A stretch of 64,000 nt of DNA from Epiperipatus broadwayi (GCA_028023455.1 JAQFVV010000006.1:17546001-17610000), one strand, 5' to 3'. Positions 25,947 through 38,719 are shown, counted from the stretch's first letter. Numbers and translations: made by a program. The notes: generated by a model from the sequence alone, not told the origin.

Positions 25947-26933
25947 CTTTACATTATTTATTACAAATGTAAGCTTACAAATAAAAAACATTCTAAAAGT
26001 TAATATTTGAACTTATCAAAATAGAAAAATGAAGTGAATAGTCGCAATTTGATCGTAACATTGTCTGTCTATTCATATCTCTTATTTGAATTCCATTTTA
26101 AAGGTAAGAACAAAATTTAGTTGAGACATCAGAAAAAAATCAAAACATATTTTTAAAGTAAAAGTTGCGTTTACTATTATAAAATTTCACAAGTTTTTTT
26201 TTTTTTTAGCAGCATTTGTGAAAACCAGTAAAAATAACTTCCACTTTTATCATGAACATTTTTTATGACTTGTCTTCTTAAAAACAAACATTTTCAAATA
26301 AAATCTAACTATAATCAAATATTTTTTTAATGTAAAATAAATATTTTATAAAAGTTTTGCATAAATAAATGCAAATATATAAATAAATTACTGAAAATTA
26401 CATTTTTTCCCTAAAATACTAAGCAAAATACATAGGGAATTGTCTTGAGACCAGATAATCTTCAAATCAGTGTTGCTTATGACATAACCAATTAGGTATT
26501 GTTGGTTTCTTTCAGATTCAAATTAACATGATATTATATGAGATTTATATATGGTGCTAATATATTAAGATTTTTTTAAACTAATAACTTTATTTTGCAA
26601 AAAAAAAATGCATATCAGTAATTGAACATCTACAAAATAAAGAAGAAATGACCAAAGCAATACCATTGTCAAAATTAGCAAGTTTATAACTATAGGGAGA
26701 AATCCAGTTAATAATTAGTAGGTAATAATAATAATATAATAATCATTCATTGAAATGCATAGGAAGTATAATTTACAATATTGTATAAATATCATAATAA
26801 TGTATAGTGTTTCAAAAAACGGTATTAACATAACATATACAATGATTAGATATTTATTATATTTATATAACAATCTTAGTTAATACTTCTATAAAGAACT
26901 AAAGATAAATGAACTTTGATTGATGCTTGTTTT

Positions 26934-27039
26934 TTTTTTTCATATGTCATAGCATCGGCCGCGAACCCACACCCGTCTGCAACCAACTACTTGCTTGCAA
27001 GGCGGGTGCGATGACCTCTCGGCTACCAACACTTGATAA
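26934..27039 (-). mobile_element. tRNA-derived SINE with 19-bp TSD
   Basis: Poly(T) followed by CATATGTCATAGCATCGGCC...; TSD TTTGATTGATGCTTGTTTT at 26915-26933 and 27040-27058. Same subfamily as 43637-43750. Confidence 0.9.
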
Positions 27040-27369
27040 TTTGATTGATGCTTGTTTTGGGATGACTTTAAATCAAACTACAATTTTTATAGACTTCAAC
27101 ACTTGTACTATCACTGCAATCATGTGATATGCAGATTAGATGCAGCTATTCCTTGAAAACTTATTTTCATAATGATTTTATGGGTTTTGAGAAAGTTTGG
27201 CCATCTCGTTTCATTTAATAAAATTAAATATTGTATTGTAATAGGAACAAGATAATGGAAGTTAAATATAATAATCCAGAATAATTGATGAAGTGATGGA
27301 GTTTAGTACATGCAAAAGTACTAGTAATAACTGAAAAATACTCGTAACTTTCTTGATGAATTATTACTC

Positions 27370-27475
27370 TCAACAACAGTATCTTCAAATCTTCACATAG
27401 TTCAGTGATGAAAGAATAAAACCAAAATGTGCTGTATGTTTCAAATTATTAAATAGGAAAATAGTATGCCATGAC
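27370..27475 (+). mobile_element. hAT Buster-type transposase N-terminal remnant
   Basis: Reads QQYLQIFT*FSDERIKPKCAVCFKLLN (cf. YLxxGFT...PxCVxCxxxLSN). Confidence 0.45.
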
Positions 27476-27789
27476 TGAATTGTCAGTGACAAAACAGTTG
27501 TGGAGAATCATGAGTGTAAGGAAAAATATTATTTTTATGGCACTGGTTTCGAAACCAAAAATATCTGCTGGCAAATGCAGGGAAACAATAAAATGGAAAA
27601 ACGTGATATTTTATTGTATTATATTAATTATTGTCTAATGTTATTATTATATTGATTGTTTTTTTGTATTATCGATTTTATTAGTGTATTCATTCAGTGT
27701 ATTGAATGTTTGTTATATAAATAAATAGAGGGATCTGAACTTAAGGATTTTTCAGTTGATATTCATTCTCCATTCCATCTCAAACAACC

Positions 27790-28110
27790 GACACCCATGA
27801 ATATGTAATGATTCAGTAATATGAGGGGTTATATTGACATATTGTCTACATGAGTATGACTCCTGTACCAAATCCACCAAGTGCGTTGAGCATTCCATCA
27901 TTGGGCTTTCAATGAAATGGACCGTTATAATGATTGGAAAGGTGAGTAGATTGAAACTTGTTCATTAAAGTCTAAAGAATTGCTATCTTAATATAAGCTG
28001 AACACTGCTTATATATGGGTGGGAGATTATAATTTGGACCAACTGATGACTGCTGGTTCTGCACAAAATGCATATATATGGGGATTGTATATCTTTTTGC
28101 ATGTATGTGT
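27790..28110 (+). mobile_element. Family B PLE fragment, copy 2: decayed endonuclease end plus hammerhead
   Basis: Frame LHEYDSCTKSTKCVEHSIIG..(E)xxFIK..LN resembles a GIY-YIG C-terminus. Hammerhead ACCAA-CTGATGA(28043-28049)-CTGCTG GTT CTGCAC-AAAA. Confidence 0.7.
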
Positions 28111-29481
28111 GTCGGTTGTGAGGGGGAGTAGAGGACAAATCTCTCTATTTACTTACTTAATGATTTTAATAAATGTTTTCCAAAATTGCAAGTCTTTTTT
28201 TCTACACATAATTTCAATAATCTTTTACTCTTGTTAAAAATCTTTTTCAGCCATTTCATTTCTCACTTGCATTCAGAGAACTTCCTTATGAAACTTGACT
28301 ATATATTCTTAGTTTTTAAAATAGATATGATTCTTAAGATTTTTTGTTCAATATAAAAATCTATTGATTATTAATCTTATTGTTTCTTTGTTCCTTTCAT
28401 GAAAAAAAATCCCAGGTGTTTTGAGTCATCCAAATCTGTATTTATAATCCAACTGGGCATCATATTTTTATTGACTTTATTGTTATTACCTCACAAAATA
28501 TTATGCTCATGCAGTCTAAAAATCATGCACTCAAAGAATCTTTGACCATAGTTTCATTCTCAAAAACCCTGACTAGGCAATAGAATGCAGTAATGAGGTA
28601 GTAATACTTCCTCAATGTTCATTGCATGTCACTCTCTTAACCCAATTCATTTTAGTTCATTACAGGAACTGCCTCATCTATCATTACATCATTAATTTGT
28701 ACTAATATCTAATGTCCAATGTTTTCTCTCAAGCCCACAATTTTATGACTTAAATAGTATAAACAGAATGAAGTACTTATTCTAGTACAGATGTTGAAAG
28801 TAAACAAAGCAAGTCATTTTATGGTTCGTTTGGGATTTATATAAATTTGCAAAAGAGCTCATGGTTTCTTCAGTTATATTAAAATTAAGGCTGCCAAAGG
28901 TATATAGATAGTCTTGTATTAACTAATATAGTATTGATTTTTGTGTTTTAATTAATAAATTGATTAAACAAGCTAGAACAGAGCACTTAAATGTTGTAAT
29001 ATTAGCATCCAAATTTTAAAAGTATTTTAAATACTATATCTATCTAGTCTTCATAAATATATAGAGTTTACATTATGAACTCTAATGTAAATTTTGTACT
29101 TATCAAGTACTGATGTGTAAGGTTGTTTTTTTTTTGGAGGGGGGAGGTCCATATTTTTTAGTCTGATTTTTTTTATTATTAGTTTCACTTAAAGTTATAT
29201 TAACTATAATATTTTCTATTTTATACAGCCATTTTTAATGTATTCTTAATTTTATATATATTTATTGTAATTCAACTTATATGTACGTAACCTAACTTTT
29301 TTTTATGTGCCAATAAATTTTAATTTAAAAATGAACTTAATAGTTGTTTGCTTAGTGTCAATTATAAACAATTTAGTTTGTTTTTAAAGTGTTAGAATAT
29401 TTGAATTTTTGTTTAGTAGATTGAATAGTATGAAAGAAATAATAGTGCTTGCTAAATTGCGTAGGAGAAACCCCCAGTGCT

Positions 29482-29522
29482 TGTCATTGATGAAGACTAA
29501 ATTTCAGAAACTTGTCTGGGGA
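29482..29522 (+). ncRNA. Degenerate family A hammerhead motif
   Basis: TGTCA-TTGATGA(29487-29493)-A-GACTAAATTTCA-GAAAC-TT-GTC-TGGGGA, parallel to 219-260. Confidence 0.55.
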
Positions 29523-30559
29523 TTTTAAAATAGCACTGTTGTTGTGTTATATCCATTGATTTCTTAAATTTATAATAAAAAATTCTGGGATATAAAAACG
29601 TAATTAATAAAATTACTATATTGTTCGTATGTGTGTGTTTTAAAAAAAATAATTGTACAGATAATCAATTATGAAAACAAATGACTTCTCCGACATTTTG
29701 CATATTTGCATGTATTTGCATATATACCCACCCGAGTTAACACAAAAGGGTAGGATGATATTGTTAAATGGCTTTCTTAATAAAGAACGCTTCAAAAGAA
29801 TATGTAAGTAGATTATTAAAATTAGACGTATTGTTTTACACTGTTATTTTGAAGTCTTAATCAGTATAAGGTTCGTTTATCTTAGTTTTTCCTCTTTTTA
29901 TATTTTTGCATTAAGTTTCCGAGTTTTTTTGATTAACTAGAATGCAATTTGTTATCATTAGCAACTCTGCAATTGATTTTAAGATTAAAAATAAGTAGAT
30001 ATGAAAATTTTACCATCATTAAAATTACATTTACTTTCTCTTTCCTAACAACAAGTAAAACAAAGAAGTGTTTTCTATTCATATTTAAAAATGTTTATAG
30101 AAAATGCAAATATTCTTATCTGAAAAGAATTTATGTGTATAGACACTATTGATTATGAAAAGCGAATAATTTTAATTTATAAAATAAATATCAAAATGCG
30201 AATAAAATTTAACTTATAAATATTAAAATATAAATAAACTTATAAAATCAATATCAAAATATTAATAAAATTCATTAGCAGCCACTTAGATAAGCAAGAA
30301 TAGTTTTTTTTTTTCAATTCCATAAAAAAAAAAGAAAAACCAAAGACACTAATAAAATAAATTTTGCTACTGCTATGCATACTTGATTGCACCCTCGTGT
30401 CATGTGCTTGTTTTTTAATTTGCTTCTTTGATATTTTATACAGCTTTTGTGCAGTGAGCTTTATTTTTTCAAAGACCTAACATCATGGCTAATTGTGATT
30501 CTTTATTGAATTCATTTTTTAACTATATTTTCCCTATGAAAGCCAACAATAGTGTAGCT

Positions 30560-31110
30560 CTAAAGTATTTTTGGAATAATCCTTTCTAAATTAAATGAGG
30601 TTTGCTCTCTCATGTTCTTCCATGTTCAAGTTCGCAATGGCGCTTTTTGGGGAAATCTGTTATTAAGTCATTTGCTTTACTATCGTAATGGATTAAATAT
30701 CAGCACATTTGAAGAACATATTATATTGCCTTATGAGCATGCCATCATGTTTTTTTTTAAATCTTTCCGATGTCTTTAATGTTATTTTGATATATGATTC
30801 ATGCCTTAGCTCCATACAATAATAGCCCTATATAGACTTAATTGTAATGGTTACATCACTATGATAAAATATTCGTTTTTAACTTGTTAAACCCATTAGC
30901 AACACATAGGTATCTGTATTGCATCGCATGATCCAAATCTGTTTTTCGATCTAAAAATCTAGCAAGTTGTGTCATTTGACTTAGTATCTAAACTTTTTTT
31001 CCATCATTGGTTCATAAAGCATTGAGGTTTTTTTTTTTTTGAAGATGAATTCCAAATCACTAAGATTGCATTCAAAATATTAAAAGCATTCTGCAACTCA
31101 TCTTTTGAAT
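30560..31110 (-). mobile_element. RTE-clade LINE fragment
   Basis: Minus strand reads SLYRAII / LLYGAKA* (cf. LYxAxI...LLYGxExW). Confidence 0.6.
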
Positions 31111-31353
31111 TAGAAAGAATAACACAGTCATTAGTATACAGTAAATCTAGAAGTTGAGACAACTGAATTTGTTTGTTTTTTTTTCTTTTAATCGGTTCAA
31201 ATCTCCCCCCCCCCCAATCTTCACTTTGATTCCCGTTTCATGAAGTCGCTTATAAATTATTTCTAAGACCATAGTTATAAAAATTAGAAGATGGAATTCT
31301 GTTTTTGTTTAATGCCAGTTTTCATTTCAGAAGCCTTAAACAAATTATTTTTA

Positions 31354-31457
31354 ATTTATTTCAACGTTTTGAACATTGGCTAAGAAGCAGTTATATTCAG
31401 TGTATATATATGTAGAGGATGACGGAGCATGCTTTCGGTCTGTGAGACCAAAGTCAG

Positions 31458-31488
<31 letters not shown>

Positions 31489-31677
31489 GTAAAAGCATGC
31501 TCAGCCAATGCCTACAAACATATATATGCAGAATGAAACCTCTTCTTAGCCAATGTTCAAAATATTGAAATAAATGTAATCTGTCTTCACCGGCCAAAAA
31601 TGTGCTCAGCCATTGTCTATATATATATACTGAATAAAACCATTGCTTAATCAACATTCACAATGTTGAAATAAATC
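31354..31677. mobile_element. Fold-back plus tandem element of hammerhead family C
   Basis: Inverted arms 31354-31435 and 31492-31575. Minus-strand CTGACTT-T-GGTC TCACA GACC-GAAAGCATGCTC (31457 to 31425). A third, direct and internally deleted copy lies at about 31577-31677. Confidence 0.8.
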
Positions 31678-31776
31678 AATTACAATTAGCATGAGGATAG
31701 GAAAAAAATATTTGCATATTAAATTATTTTTGTTCATTTCAAAGCTACTGTTGTTTAAAAAATAACAAAATTGTTA

Positions 31777-31842
31777 GTTGTTTGTGAAGAACTGTGACAT
31801 TTGATTACGTTGTTTGTGAAGAACTGTGACATTTGATTACGT
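31777..31842 (+). repeat. Perfect 32-bp tandem duplication
   Basis: GTTGTTTGTGAAGAACTGTGACATTTGATTAC x2. Confidence 0.95.
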
Positions 31843-32315
31843 GATGTAGCAGATTCAGTTTTCATCCAGTAGATTTAACATTCAAGCCAAATCACTCTAC
31901 CATTAGACTAAATTATACAATCATCACTGATTGGATGCCTTCAGCATTTAAGAAATTGTAAGAGTTGCTTACCAGTGAACTAGAATTTCTATTAAATGGT
32001 TTGAAAAAGATCTATGGATAATTGAGATGGAACTTTATTGAGTACCAAAAATACATTGTTGTTATGGAAGGAAAGATAATGATAAATGATGAAGATGAAC
32101 AGCACTGAGCTTTTTTATTTAAACTGTTTATATTTGTTGGATTTATCATTTAGTGATGCATTTGTATATAGAAGCACGACAATCTTTTAAATGTTTAGAT
32201 TAATGGAAGAGATGTTCAAAAATCATAATTTTGCTAAGTTATGTTAATAAAAAATATATAATGTTGTACTAATAAGACAATACATATATGAAATCACATT
32301 TACATTCAATAATAT

Positions 32316-32905
32316 ATCGAGATACTGCAAATCTCTAGTGCTCGTTATAATACTTAACTGACAGCCAATCAGATGACACGGATAGCTGTCGAAAATGACA
32401 TCCAAACCTAAACACACAACAAAGATTTTACGGGAAAAGGGCGGCCACCCTTTTCTCTATTTTTCTTTCTATATATCTAAGCCAGTCGTAAGCATTTAGG
32501 TTTGAATGCTTGAAGCTTTAAATATCTTCACAAATAACCCACTGAATCTAAATCATAAATGTACAATGCGAAATCCTATGATTTAGGTAGTTTTTAGAAT
32601 ACGTAATAAGCAGTAAATAATGTAAATAATATTTTAATTTGTGAAGTGCCGATAGTTGAAAATTGAAATAAATCGAGATACTGCAAATCTCTAGTGTTTG
32701 TTACAATACTTAACTTTTAGCCAATCAGATGGCATGGATAGCTGTCGAAAATGACATCCAAACCTAAACACACAACAAAGATTTTACGTGAAAAGGGCCA
32801 TCTGATTGGCTGTCAGTTAAATATTGTAACGAGTGCTAGAGATTTGCAGTATCTCGATTTATTTCAATTTTCAACTATCGGCGCTTCGCAAAGTAAAATA
32901 TTATT
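32316..32905. mobile_element. Non-autonomous repeat: direct copy with a terminal hairpin plus a fold-back copy
   Basis: Direct repeats 32316-32441 and 32672-32797; inverted arms 32625-32733 and 32797-32905; 8-bp hairpin GAAAAGGG/CCCTTTTC at 32434-32455. Confidence 0.85.
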
Positions 32906-32999
32906 CACTAATATAGTTAAATTAGTATTTAAATCTTAATGTAATATGTAATTCTAAGGCACTCCTTGACTTTGAGTTCAGATGGAAAGGTATAAATAA

Positions 33000-33890
33000 T
33001 AAACTAATTAAATGCACTGTCACAATCATAGTGCTGAATAAAGTTATGCAGTACAGGTAAGCTTATATAATTGATATAATATGTAAATGAGGCCCAATTT
33101 GCAAATAAGGCAATCAGATATACCATTTTTCAGATAATGGAATCCCTGAATCCTTTTTATTGATAGAATGTGGATCTTTGCAATTGCCTGAGCCTCTTTA
33201 TACGTTTTCCTAATGTTTCTTTCTGAGCATATTGTTCTAACATTTGACGAAGAAAACATGTGACCCATGGTGCATTCATGATCCAGAATGATCAATCTAT
33301 ATTCAGTTTTTTGTTTAGCTATATTGTACAAATATTCGTGTTGGGTAATTCTCATTGATCTATTTGCATGAGATTTCCCATAATAAACAGAGCTGGTTAG
33401 TACATGCAGTTTTATAGACCACCTGAGGTGCATGCTCCACAGATATCTTGTCTTTAGTATTGTTTAACAAATTATTAAGAGAAAGTGACGATCTAAAGCT
33501 AATCTTGTACATGTTAGCACAAATGTTCCTAAGGTTATTTGCAATATGTAGGACATGGGGAAGGCTTACCCATGCCTTAGGCATAGTATTAATGTTTTTG
33601 ACTTTATTAACATTGGTATAAAATTTTCCAACTGTTTTAATAAGCCTGTTACAATTATAACCATGTCCTATTAGGTTATTGATGTATTTATTTATGTTGT
33701 TTTTCTATCTGCTTTATACTCACATAGATTTTTGTTTTTATGACACATTTAAAGCCAGAAAGATTATGTTCTATTAGGACTTTTGTCATAGAATGAATGG
33801 CTCCTTTTATTTGTAAAGTTTTTGGCTTCATTTTAAAGTCAAGCTTCTGGCAGTCTTTTTGCCAAAAGCTGGCATAGTGCAATTAATTAC
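33000..33890 (-). mobile_element. 5'-truncated Penelope-like element (thumb/linker plus GIY-YIG endonuclease, frameshifted)
   Basis: Consecutive ORFs HYASF..KGAIHS; VSLPHV..NNTKDKISVEHAPQVVYKTAC; YYGKS..MRITQH..DHECTMGHMFSSSNVR..YKEAQAI. Same family as 439-1205. Confidence 0.88.
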
Positions 33891-35599
33891 TTTATGTTCA
33901 TTATTTATACGTTTTCATCTAAACTCTAAGTCAGCTAGTGTTTTAAAATTAAATTAGTATTTGTAATTAATTTTAAAATGCATTAGATTTTTTTTTATTC
34001 CAATATTTCACATATCCTGTTAATAACAGAGACTTGATTATTTGCAAATTTAGATTGTTTTTGTTACAGTTTTTATCTTCCATCATGAATATTCTAAAAT
34101 TAAAAGTAAACAACAAAAGGTTCCTGAATTTATTAAAAACTATAATCTTTCACATATATAAAACTTTACTCAAATGATATTTTGATAATATGCAGCACCC
34201 TGTGTGGTTAGTACAGTAGTTAGAACTAAATGGTTCTTAAATCAATTTTTTAATTGTAGAAAGCATAATAAAAAGTCATTTTGTTTATTGAGGGTAGCTG
34301 TTGTGTTCAATCCTCTACTTCCATATTCAAATGCTATATGTGTTTCCTGATCAACTGTTTATACCATTATTTATTTTTATAATATCAGTCAAATACATGC
34401 TGTATAACAAATAGAATAAGCTGTTAGTAATGAGAGAAATATCTACAAGTTGCTAGTATGACATCATTGATCAGTTTATTTTGATTGTGGTCCATTTGTT
34501 CTCATTTCTCTCAGATGTTAGTGTTTAATATGATTTTATAGAATATCAAGCCTCCAAATGATATACGTAGAATGTTACCAAATGAGATTTCTAATTTACT
34601 CTTAATGCCACATGATTCTTCTGATATTTTTTTTTATAACACCATGAATTCTTTATATTCACTTACTACAACTGCTATTGTTATCTTTTCAATTGCTCCA
34701 TTAAAGGTAGCTCTAAAATTGAGTGCTTCAATAGATTACAGTAAGAAGGCATCAAGCAGCAATTAACTCATGAATAATCAAGTATTACTGTTTGGTTATA
34801 GTAAGCTAGTGACTATTTATTTTACTGATTTTCCGATGAACTTAGTATTCTTATATATAGATTCTTTATATGAATATTTATATATATATATATTGTGTGT
34901 GTGCATCATTTTAGTACATTAGGTTAATTAAATGCATACTACATATGCAATGTATTTTATTTTTCTAACTTATTTTTATGGTTTTATAATTTAGTTATTG
35001 AAAAGTGGATATAGTATTTTAAAAATACTTAGTAGTTTTTAAAAATGTGCTATTCATCAACAAAAAAAATGATTTTCATGCATGGATTTGTTTCTCTTTG
35101 GAAGTATGTATTTTATTAAATACTAAGCATTTTTAATTCATATCAACTAATGAATAAAAAGATATCATAGCCTATGGGCTTCATCATCTATTTACCATGT
35201 CAAACCTGGGTTCAAGTCCAGACATGAATGCTGAAAATTTTTGCAGGTTATCATTGAACTTAGGGTTTTGAACCCATATTTAATTAGTAGTGACTTATAA
35301 GTGAATAGCTAGCTATTATTAAGATATGGATTGGACAAATATATGTTTGTATGCTGATTGTAAAGTACTAGTAATACGATGTGTGCCTCACATTGGTGGA
35401 GGAGGTATTTAACTCCTATGGCCACTGAACCCATGGGTTACCTTAACTTGATCTTTTTTATTAAATTTTTGTAGTATTTATAAGTTTGGAATGTAAAGTA
35501 TCTTTGTTAAAGTAATTTTTTAAATACTCTACCTATCTCCTAATTTATATAGGGTTAAAACGGTTTCCAAGACCACACATACTTTAAGAATTTAAACAC

Positions 35600-35745
35600 A
35601 GTGACACAGAAGAAATACTTGTTATTTGCTCACTAACAGGAATCTCAATAATGACCAGTTTTGATTGGCTGGCTAATGCTAGCATCTGTTCAGGGTTTGT
35701 ATACATAAGTTCTCCATCTTTCTGCTGATAGTACTTTGCCGTAAC
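35600..35745 (-). mobile_element. PLE RT remnant
   Basis: Minus frame KYYQQKDG at 35714-35737 (cf. YxQxxGxAMG). Confidence 0.4.
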
Positions 35746-36281
35746 ATGTTTTAATTTGTTTTCTTCCTTGATGATGTTATACTCTTTTTTTATACAAATA
35801 TTGCAACAAATTAAGTTTAAATTTTTATTTGTTTGTAATTTTTATAGGCATAAAAAATGTTTTTATACACTAAATAGTCAAATGTTTTTTTTTTTTTTTA
35901 AAAAAAAAGTTGGTAAAAATGTGTTTCCATTAAGCGCAATTAAATATTAATTAGAAATGTCTTTAAAAAATATAATCGTGCATTAGTATAATTTACATCT
36001 AAAAAGGAAACTCGTATATACTTTCGTAAATTTAATGTTTTTTTTTTATTCTAATTATCAAGTTTTTAATTTACAAATCATTTTTAAAATAACGTTTAAG
36101 CAATTACACCGATAAAATCTAAATATACATTCAACGTTTATTATACGTTATCAGTAATCTGCTAAAAAATATTTTTTCCAGTCTTTCTCATCTATATACT
36201 ACGTCTTAAAATTTATTACAAAGGACCCCCAATCTTTTTATGCTTAGATGCCAATATATATATAATAGTGGCATACCTTAC

Positions 36282-36338
36282 CTTCAAATAATAGACTAGT
36301 CCAAATTCCATTTTATCTTCATCGGGTTGAGTATTCAT
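36282..36338 (-). CDS. Putative first coding exon of an unidentified host gene (MNTQPDEDKMEFGLVYYLK, phase 0)
   Basis: ATG at 36338, 19 open codons and a donor AAG|GTAAGG at 36282/36281, inside a CpG-rich island-like region. No downstream exon was identified. Confidence 0.45.
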
Positions 36339-36339
36339 C

Positions 36340-36720
36340 GCTACAGACCATGTACAAATAGATACGTCCAATGGCAAGAACAGGCCAATAGACGATGATG
36401 CTCACTGAATCTGATTGCTGTCATTGTGCATGGGGATTTGACCATAAATAGTCAATCCATTTGGAGGTAAAGTCAGACAACGACTGCCAAACTGAACGGC
36501 ATGACGTTGGTTCCACTACACGGTTGACACAGTGAGGCCAATCCATATTCGGGACTGGACGCTGCTAAAACCTAAATCAGACACGAGGCAAGCTGTCAGA
36601 GTACATCCGGAAGTCTCACCATACCTATTCAAGTTGGCAGGTTGTCACTGTTTAGCTGGAAGTGGTAGGTAAACTTATAAGGGCACCTGACGTCCCTTTT
36701 GATAGTTTCACAGCAATGGG
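36340..36720 (-). promoter_or_regulatory. CpG-retaining promoter/5'UTR-like region
   Basis: About 13 CpG in 400 bp against a CpG-depleted background; ETS motif CCGGAAGT at 36607-36614, TGACGT half-CRE motifs and CCAAT motifs. Confidence 0.5.
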
Positions 36721-38584
36721 CAAAAGTATAACATTATATATATATATATAGCGTAAATATACAATTGTATATTTGTTTCATTAATAAAGATAGGATGGAA
36801 TCTGGATTATAGTTCATTATTTGGAGGCAACATGAGATATAACATTAACCATAGCCTATAATAAGTTAACACAAAATATAATGATGGAGGTTGCATTAAC
36901 TTTAAACAATTTTATATATATTAATAAAAAGAATGATATATTTTTGTTATTAAAACAGCCACATGGGAGAGAAATACCCACGTTCAGCTCCCAAGAAGTC
37001 TTGCATATTAATTAATTGAATTAACTGTCTACTAACTAGAGGCATTCGTCCTTAAGTCTTTTAGTATAGGTAAAACATTTGTAAACTGTTATATTCTTAT
37101 GTTCTTGCTTCAGTATTGCATATATTAAATTAGAACAATATCCGCAGGATTAGCATCACTTTGTGCAAAGACCATATACAAATTTCATATTTTTTATCTT
37201 CTGATTGTTTGTTTAGCTTAATGATGGGATGACAAATTTATGAATCAAAGTATTTCTAGAGCAAAACTTAGTCATTTCTATGGCTTGAACATCACATGAT
37301 CTTCCACTCTTTAACTATTATTATTTGAATGATTTAAAAATGCCACCTGATATTTTAATCTTAGTGTAGACTCCACTTAACACAGTTTAAACTAACTGAT
37401 AACATGCTAAAATACGAATCCTAGAGTATAGCTTAGTTGTTATAGTATGTTGTTTGGTGACTGAATAATTGTAATATTTACCATTTGCGATTTTATTTCA
37501 ACTATGTTTGAGCACAGTTTATGATTTTCCAATAGAAGAAGCAGTATGTAGTTGTTGTAGAATGAATCTTTAAAATTGTGTCCATCAACCAAGATGTTTA
37601 TTTGATTAAACAACAATAGACTTAGTAATTTTTATTATTATAATAATTCATATTTTATATAACAAATTTTTCTTTTTTTTAAAAAAAGGCAGTTTGCCGA
37701 TGTAAACTTTATTTCAATGATGCTTTAATTATTGACTCCCTGCATGGTTTAATGCTGGGGTAAGATGGCGGACTTGAAGAGACTTGAAAGATAAAGATGC
37801 ATGGACTATAATTCAGTCTGTCACTTCCAGTGCTCAGATGTCTCATTCTTACCGAATGATAAACCTTTTATTATTAATAATTATTTGGGTTCAATGTGGC
37901 ATAATTGGATGAAGATTTGCAGAAAATATAATTTCATTCGTTTAGCATGAAAAATTGTGATTAAACTGTTTTTTTTATCTTTGCAGATTCATAAATTTTT
38001 AAATGATGAATAGATCTTTTTTTTTTTTAGGTTTGATGATGTTAGGTGTTATAAAATATAATCAAATGGTTTATGCTCGGGAGTTCGTAAAAAGTTTGAG
38101 CGACAGAAAATGACCGTGGACCCTCTATATATCAACCTTGAGCTTCAGTGTCCACTGCTGCATTAGATTATGCAGGAACATGTTGAACATTTGAAAGAAA
38201 TGTTAAGAAATACTAAAAACATATATTGGTATTTGAATTTGATGGAAAATGGAAATCAACAATGGTTAGGATTATTGGTTGAAATAAGCAATTTTTGAAA
38301 TTAGAAGTCGTAAGATTGTAATAGAGATTTTAAATATTATTTAAATGGGTAAATGAAAGCAGATGGAATATGATAGTAGAATTGTAGTGGGTAAATCATT
38401 TTACCAATGTCTGTGTGGAGAATTAAGAAGAAGGCTATTTATATGGAAATTTCTTCTTTTAAATAAGACAGACTTTGTTAGAAATGTGTGATGTTTATTT
38501 TCTTAACTTCTTTTGGCACTTCAGCTATTCTTGTAGAGGGGGAATGCATATCCTTAAATTACATTAAGGGTATCCATATAAAAT

Positions 38585-38719
38585 ATTTGCCAGTTATTCC
38601 TATGAAATTATTTGGACATTAATACCAAACTTGTTCTATCTCATTTTTCATTGTATAGTAATCTGTAGGATGGATGCCATCTTGGCTCTCCATGAAATAT
38701 CATGCTGGCTCATTAGACC
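38585..38719 (-). repeat. Dispersed repeat homologous to 44195-44329
   Basis: The reverse complement aligns by eye and shares ATTTCATAGGAATAACTGGCAAATA. Confidence 0.8.

Noticed and set aside
50-32985. Shared motif ATCTGAACTCA / TGAGTTCAGAT at about 51-63, 2928-2939 and 32972-32982
   Set aside because: Only 11-13 nt, orientation relative to nearby PLEs is inconsistent, and the flanks do not align.
35628-35724. Minus-strand 30-codon segment as exon 2 of the 36.3-kb gene
   Set aside because: Poor polypyrimidine tract, and the frame extends into KYYQQKDG, better explained as a PLE RT remnant.
37738-37800. AAGATGGCGG as a YY1 promoter motif or start codon
   Set aside because: The frame closes after 9 codons and the context resembles the degenerate SINE head at 54730.
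38031-38300. Plus-strand exon after a poly-T acceptor
   Set aside because: All frames contain stops and no recognisable protein; possibly decayed transposon coding sequence.
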